Shown piece after piece: positions 59,601-64,000 of a stretch of DNA of 64,000 bases. The notes beneath the pieces were generated by a model that saw only the letters and a program-made list of their open reading frames with translations, had not been told where the DNA came from and searched no databases. Location of the stretch: assembly GCA_033442325.1 (NCBI GenBank), contig JAWQFM010000006.1, positions 1,749,508-1,813,507 on the forward strand, read 5' to 3'. This stretch comes from Salpingoeca rosetta (Eukaryota; Protista; Choanoflagellata). Positions within the stretch are counted from its first letter, which is position 1. Each line of letters starts with the position of its first letter. A program made the translations under genes and the position numbers.

Positions 59601-60018
59601 CGACCGTGATCGTGATCGTGATCGGCGACGGGACCACCGCAGCAGGAGTCGAGACCGCAGTCGCGACAAAGACAGGGACCGCGACAGGGACAGGCGGAGA
59701 CGCCGCAGCAGGAGCAGAGACAAGGATCGCCGTGACCGTGACCGTGATGATGACAGGCGACGTGACCGTGACCGTGATCGTGATCACGAGCGCAGCAGCA
59801 GTCGACGTCGTCGCAGCCGTGACCGCCACCGCGATTATGACGATGATGACCGCCGCCGCCGCCGCCACCGCCATCGCAGCCGCAGCCGTGACCGTGATCG
59901 TGATCATGATCGTGATCGTGATCGTGATCGTGACTCTGATCGGAGGAGGGGCAGCCGGCACGACAGGAGCCGCAGTCGCGATCGTGACAGGCGCTCGTCG
60001 TCCCGCCGCCGTGACTGA
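56602..60018 (+). CDS. PRPF38B: Pre-mRNA splicing factor PRP38B-like with C-terminal RS/RD domain, multi-exon
   Basis: TMDLGHVLYSNIVESTYF, LKTFEDIVDEIY..VDHL|EP, STAFCLLYR|LFCLRL, HKDSVYIRAIGFLYLRY, RLPRIPV. RS/RD-rich last exon at ~59457-60018. Confidence 0.9.
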
Positions 60019-60022
60019 ATGA

Positions 60023-60316
<294 letters not shown>

Positions 60317-60699
60317 CAACTACACCCGCTCAGCCATTGTTGGCCATATTCGACCTGAAACCCCCCCCCCCCTCCTCCCCCCCCCTCTTCTTTGCCTCTT
60401 GCTCGGTGTATGTGTAGCTCGCAAAGCTATGTGTCTCGTGTGTCCCACTCGCCCCGTGCTTGATCCCGCCCCCTCCCCCAAACACTGTGGTAGGAATAAC
60501 CCATGCTCCTTCCTTTCTGCCAACTCAACAACGTAAGCTCAAATGGAATCCGTTTACTCGAGAGACTTGAACGAACCAACGAACCAATCAAGCAACATCT
60601 GACTGACAGCCAGCGAGCGAAGGGGACACACACTCACACACACACACACACACACACTCACACACACACACTCACTCAACACAACGCATGGGACATATG

Positions 60700-63600
60700 C
60701 TAGCTGTTTGCCTCTGTGCATGCGAGACAGCCCCTGACGAGCGCCTGGCAGAGCGGCTGCTCGGATGCGGAACACACATTCACCAGAGCATGCACCGCTT
60801 CCTCAGAGAGAAGACCAGAGTTGAAGAACATGAGCCCAGCCATCAAAAACACGCGGTCAAGATCAACGCGTTTGGCCGTCGCCATATCTGCTGCAGTGGC
60901 GGCGCCCGCTGTTGCTGCGGATGAACTGCCACTCTCACCCTCACCGACCCGATCACCACCACTACCAACAGGGAAACCATCAGCCCTTTGAGTTGACACA
61001 GGTGCTGGTGCTGGTGATGATGACATGGACGACACACGGGATGACGGGCCTGTGGTGGTGCTGCCGAGCGCAAGGAAGAGTAAGCTGCGCTGGCGTGCGT
61101 CGCCGCAAGCGGCACTGAACAGACAGATGCACGCCTCGCGCCAGTGCTGTCCACGCAACACGTTGGGCAAGCTCAGGCACACCCACTCTGCCACCGCTGC
61201 GCCAAAACCAAGGCTCAGCATGCGCGCAAACACGTGGTACGTGATGTGTGCATGTGCAATGAGCCGCGAGCGCACGTCAGACATGAACGTGGGCCCTTCC
61301 TGCGGTTTTGTCCACTGCGCCATCACCATTTGCAGGATTTGCCGGGCTGGCCAAAAGTCCGTCAGCAAAAAGGACAGCGAGCGCGCCAAAACGAGAGCGG
61401 ACGGCTCGTCCACCACCGTCTCCACCATACGAGTGATGCGATCGCCAAAGTTCAGGGGCAGTCGCTCCACAACAGCGCGTGGGGACGCGTCTCCAAGCTG
61501 CTCGTGGATCAGGTACTCGTCCTTGGAGTACAGCAGCGCCGTGGCGCACACCGTCTCACTCACGTCCAGAAGAGAGAAGAGCCCAGAGCGGTTGTTGACG
61601 TTACCGGCAAGCGTCAGCAGCGCGTCTGTCTCGCGGCTGTCCAGCACAAACGACAGCACGAGCCGAACGAGCGCAGAGAGCGTGCGGGAGTATGATGCTT
61701 CTGAGAGGTTGCCGGGCGCCAAACACATGGACGACAAGTCAGCCGTCAGGTCATACGTCAAGTTTGCTTTGTCCGCCTCCTCGGGGAACGATATGATCAC
61801 CTGGCGATGCGTCGTGTGTTTTGGGGGGGGGGGCGGGGAAGGGAGGCGAGAGAGGATGTGAATCGGTGATTGGTGTGTTTGAAAGTTGTGTACGTGCAAT
61901 TGAGTGCGGGGGTGTGTGACACACAACAAAGCACACCACACGACTACCCAGAACGACGAGCAGAAAGCCACACACACACACACACACACACACACAAGAC
62001 ACACACATTCTCTCTCATACACACACGCACACACACACACACATGCACGCACACACGTGCACACCTGGATTGCTGCATCGAATGCGCGGGCCCAAAACAG
62101 GCGGGGAACCCAAGCCGTGGTGGCGGCGGTGATCTGGGAATGCTCGAGCAACGCGTGTTTGGTCAGCACCTGCACGGCGTCACGAACGTGATCGATAAAG
62201 GGCAACGCTGCCAGGCTCAAGTGGCCTTGTGCAAGATACCTGTGACGATGATGATGGTGGTGGCAGGTGAACGGAAGAAAGGAATGGTGTCTTGCGATTG
62301 GATGTTGTATTGCGGCGAACAATAATTGCCGTGACCCACGCGTTCATCGCACATGCCTTGCAGGTGTGCGAAAAGAGGCACATGCACACACGCACACGCA
62401 CACACGCACACACGCACACATGCACGCATGCACACATAGGCGGGCGCACACAGTAGCCGTCGTCGTTTACACTTACTTGATGCCTGTGAGTGCGGCCATG
62501 CGAACCGACGGGAGCTGGCTGCCGAGAGCCGTGTGGAGCATGTTCGAGATCAACTCCAGTCGGCGGTGGTCGCCCTGACAGAACAACCACACAGATAAAG
62601 TTGTCATGAAGACAACAACCAACATCGTTCAGCGTGCTTGGGTGATACAATACAATCCTACACAACAACAGCGTGGCCATGCGGCTCGGCAATTGCAACA
62701 CACACACACACACACTACACCCATGCGCACGCGTGAGACCTACACGCCATGGTGTTTCTCAAGGAGCACGTCGCATGACATACATCGTGGTTAATGGCCT
62801 GGAGCTTGCACAGGATGGGGATAACGGAGCGAAGAACAATGTGGTCGTCTGGGTTGGGGTGGGCAAAGCGAGGAGAGGGGGGGGGCCAAAACAAAATGTG
62901 AGTGGGGTGAAGTGGCAGCATTCAGCGCTCCCGATACATAAGCACCTTTCATGGGTTGTTGTTGCCTTCACACGCAAACACTGACACGCACGCGCGTACT
63001 CTTCGTTTCTCATGCACCCACCTGCAATCAGTTCACTGTTGGCCAAGTCGAAGAGGACAACAGCAATGTCACTGAGCTGCTTTGCATCATGCACTTTATC
63101 CAACAAGACGTGCAGCGCTTCGCAGGCGCCGTTGAGGATCTAAAGAGGCAAAAGTGGTTTGTGAAGGTGTGTTAATTGGGCACTGGTATGGTATGACGAT
63201 ACATTCCAACGACACATCGCAATCAACCAGACACACGAACAGCATACACGTAAACATGCAGCCACACACATGCAGCCACACACACACACACACACAACGG
63301 ATTGGGATACCTTGATAGCCTGGGAATCTCGCTGAACAAGCGACAGGCACATCTCGATGACCTGTGGCAGATAGATCAAGAAGCGGTGGCACTGGAGCTC
63401 GCCAGACGCAGCGTGCTCATCAACACAGCGCCGCAGCGAGGACACGGATTTCTGAAATGGGTGTGGGTGTGGGTGTGGAGATATGTTCAACAGGGGGTGC
63501 ACAAAATGAGGTTGGTCAATGGTGGTGAACTGTATGAAGGCAATAAACCCACAGTGGTCATCATACACACACACACACAAAAGCAAAGGAAACGAATCCA

Positions 63601-64000
63601 AACGCTTGCACACACACACATACGCGCGCACATACGCGCACACTTACGCATACACACTCTCTCTCACCGCCGTGTCGTCTGGGGAGATTTGGGTCATGCG
63701 ACGGCCGAGCTGGCGCCATGTTGTGCCGTGCGTTGCCATGTAGTCAAAGCGTTGCATGAGATGCACACGGTGCAGATAGAGCCCCGCAACCGTCTCCAGG
63801 TACGAGCTCAGGCTGTTCTCCACTTCAAGGTACGGCGGGAACACGCTCGTGTGCGCCTCAGGATCAATCATGGACAGCACCGTGGTGAGGGAGCGCACCG
63901 CCAGCAGCGTCGTCGTCTCTCGCGACTCGCGGGTGAGCTGGTCGTCTCGGAGCTCAACAATGTCGCGCAGCCACGTCCACAGCAGGCCAAGCGCCTCCTC
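60700..64000 (-). CDS. HTT: Huntingtin homolog, C-terminal HEAT region (5' part lies beyond the right edge)
   Basis: LLTDFWPARQILQMVMAQW...YHVFARM...AVAEWVCLSLPN parallels HTT FLDDFFPPQDIMNKVIGEF...YKVFQTL...MVRDWVMLSLSN. ALGSQLPSVRMAALTGIK|YL parallels [35 protein letters not shown] parallels DEILAQYLVPATCK. Confidence 0.8.

Overview
Gene-dense, intron-rich eukaryotic DNA. It is GC-rich, has (CA)n/(TG)n microsatellites in most introns and many poly-Gln tracts. Style and gene content suggest a choanoflagellate such as Salpingoeca rosetta (inference). I reconstructed about 13 genes by hand-splicing: ABCF1 (runs off the left edge), a poly-Q Maf-like bZIP factor, a MIT-domain protein, a very large ~11-PDZ scaffold with an embedded NUDT9-homology domain whose Nudix box is degenerate, a probable BRAT1 homolog, an LRR-ROC-COR-TIR-SAM protein ending in a CaaX box, a divergent intronless H2A.X/H4 pair, a bacterial-type NADP isocitrate dehydrogenase with a mitochondrial-like presequence, an SLC38A11-like transporter, a WW-domain DDX42 helicase head-to-head with PRP38B, and the 3' part of a huntingtin homolog. 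The best candidates for novelty are: (1) the PDZ/pseudo-NUDT9 scaffold, a possible ADP-ribose sensor; (2) the prenylatable ROCO-TIR protein with an intact catalytic Glu and one-LRR-per-exon cassettes, a possible NADase and ADPR source encoded about 7 kb away; (3) an unexplained ~420-bp hairpin-rich insert in a CA microsatellite in DDX42 intron 1. Most ORFs in the supplied track are microsatellite or antisense artefacts. All family assignments come from motif recognition, not database searches.
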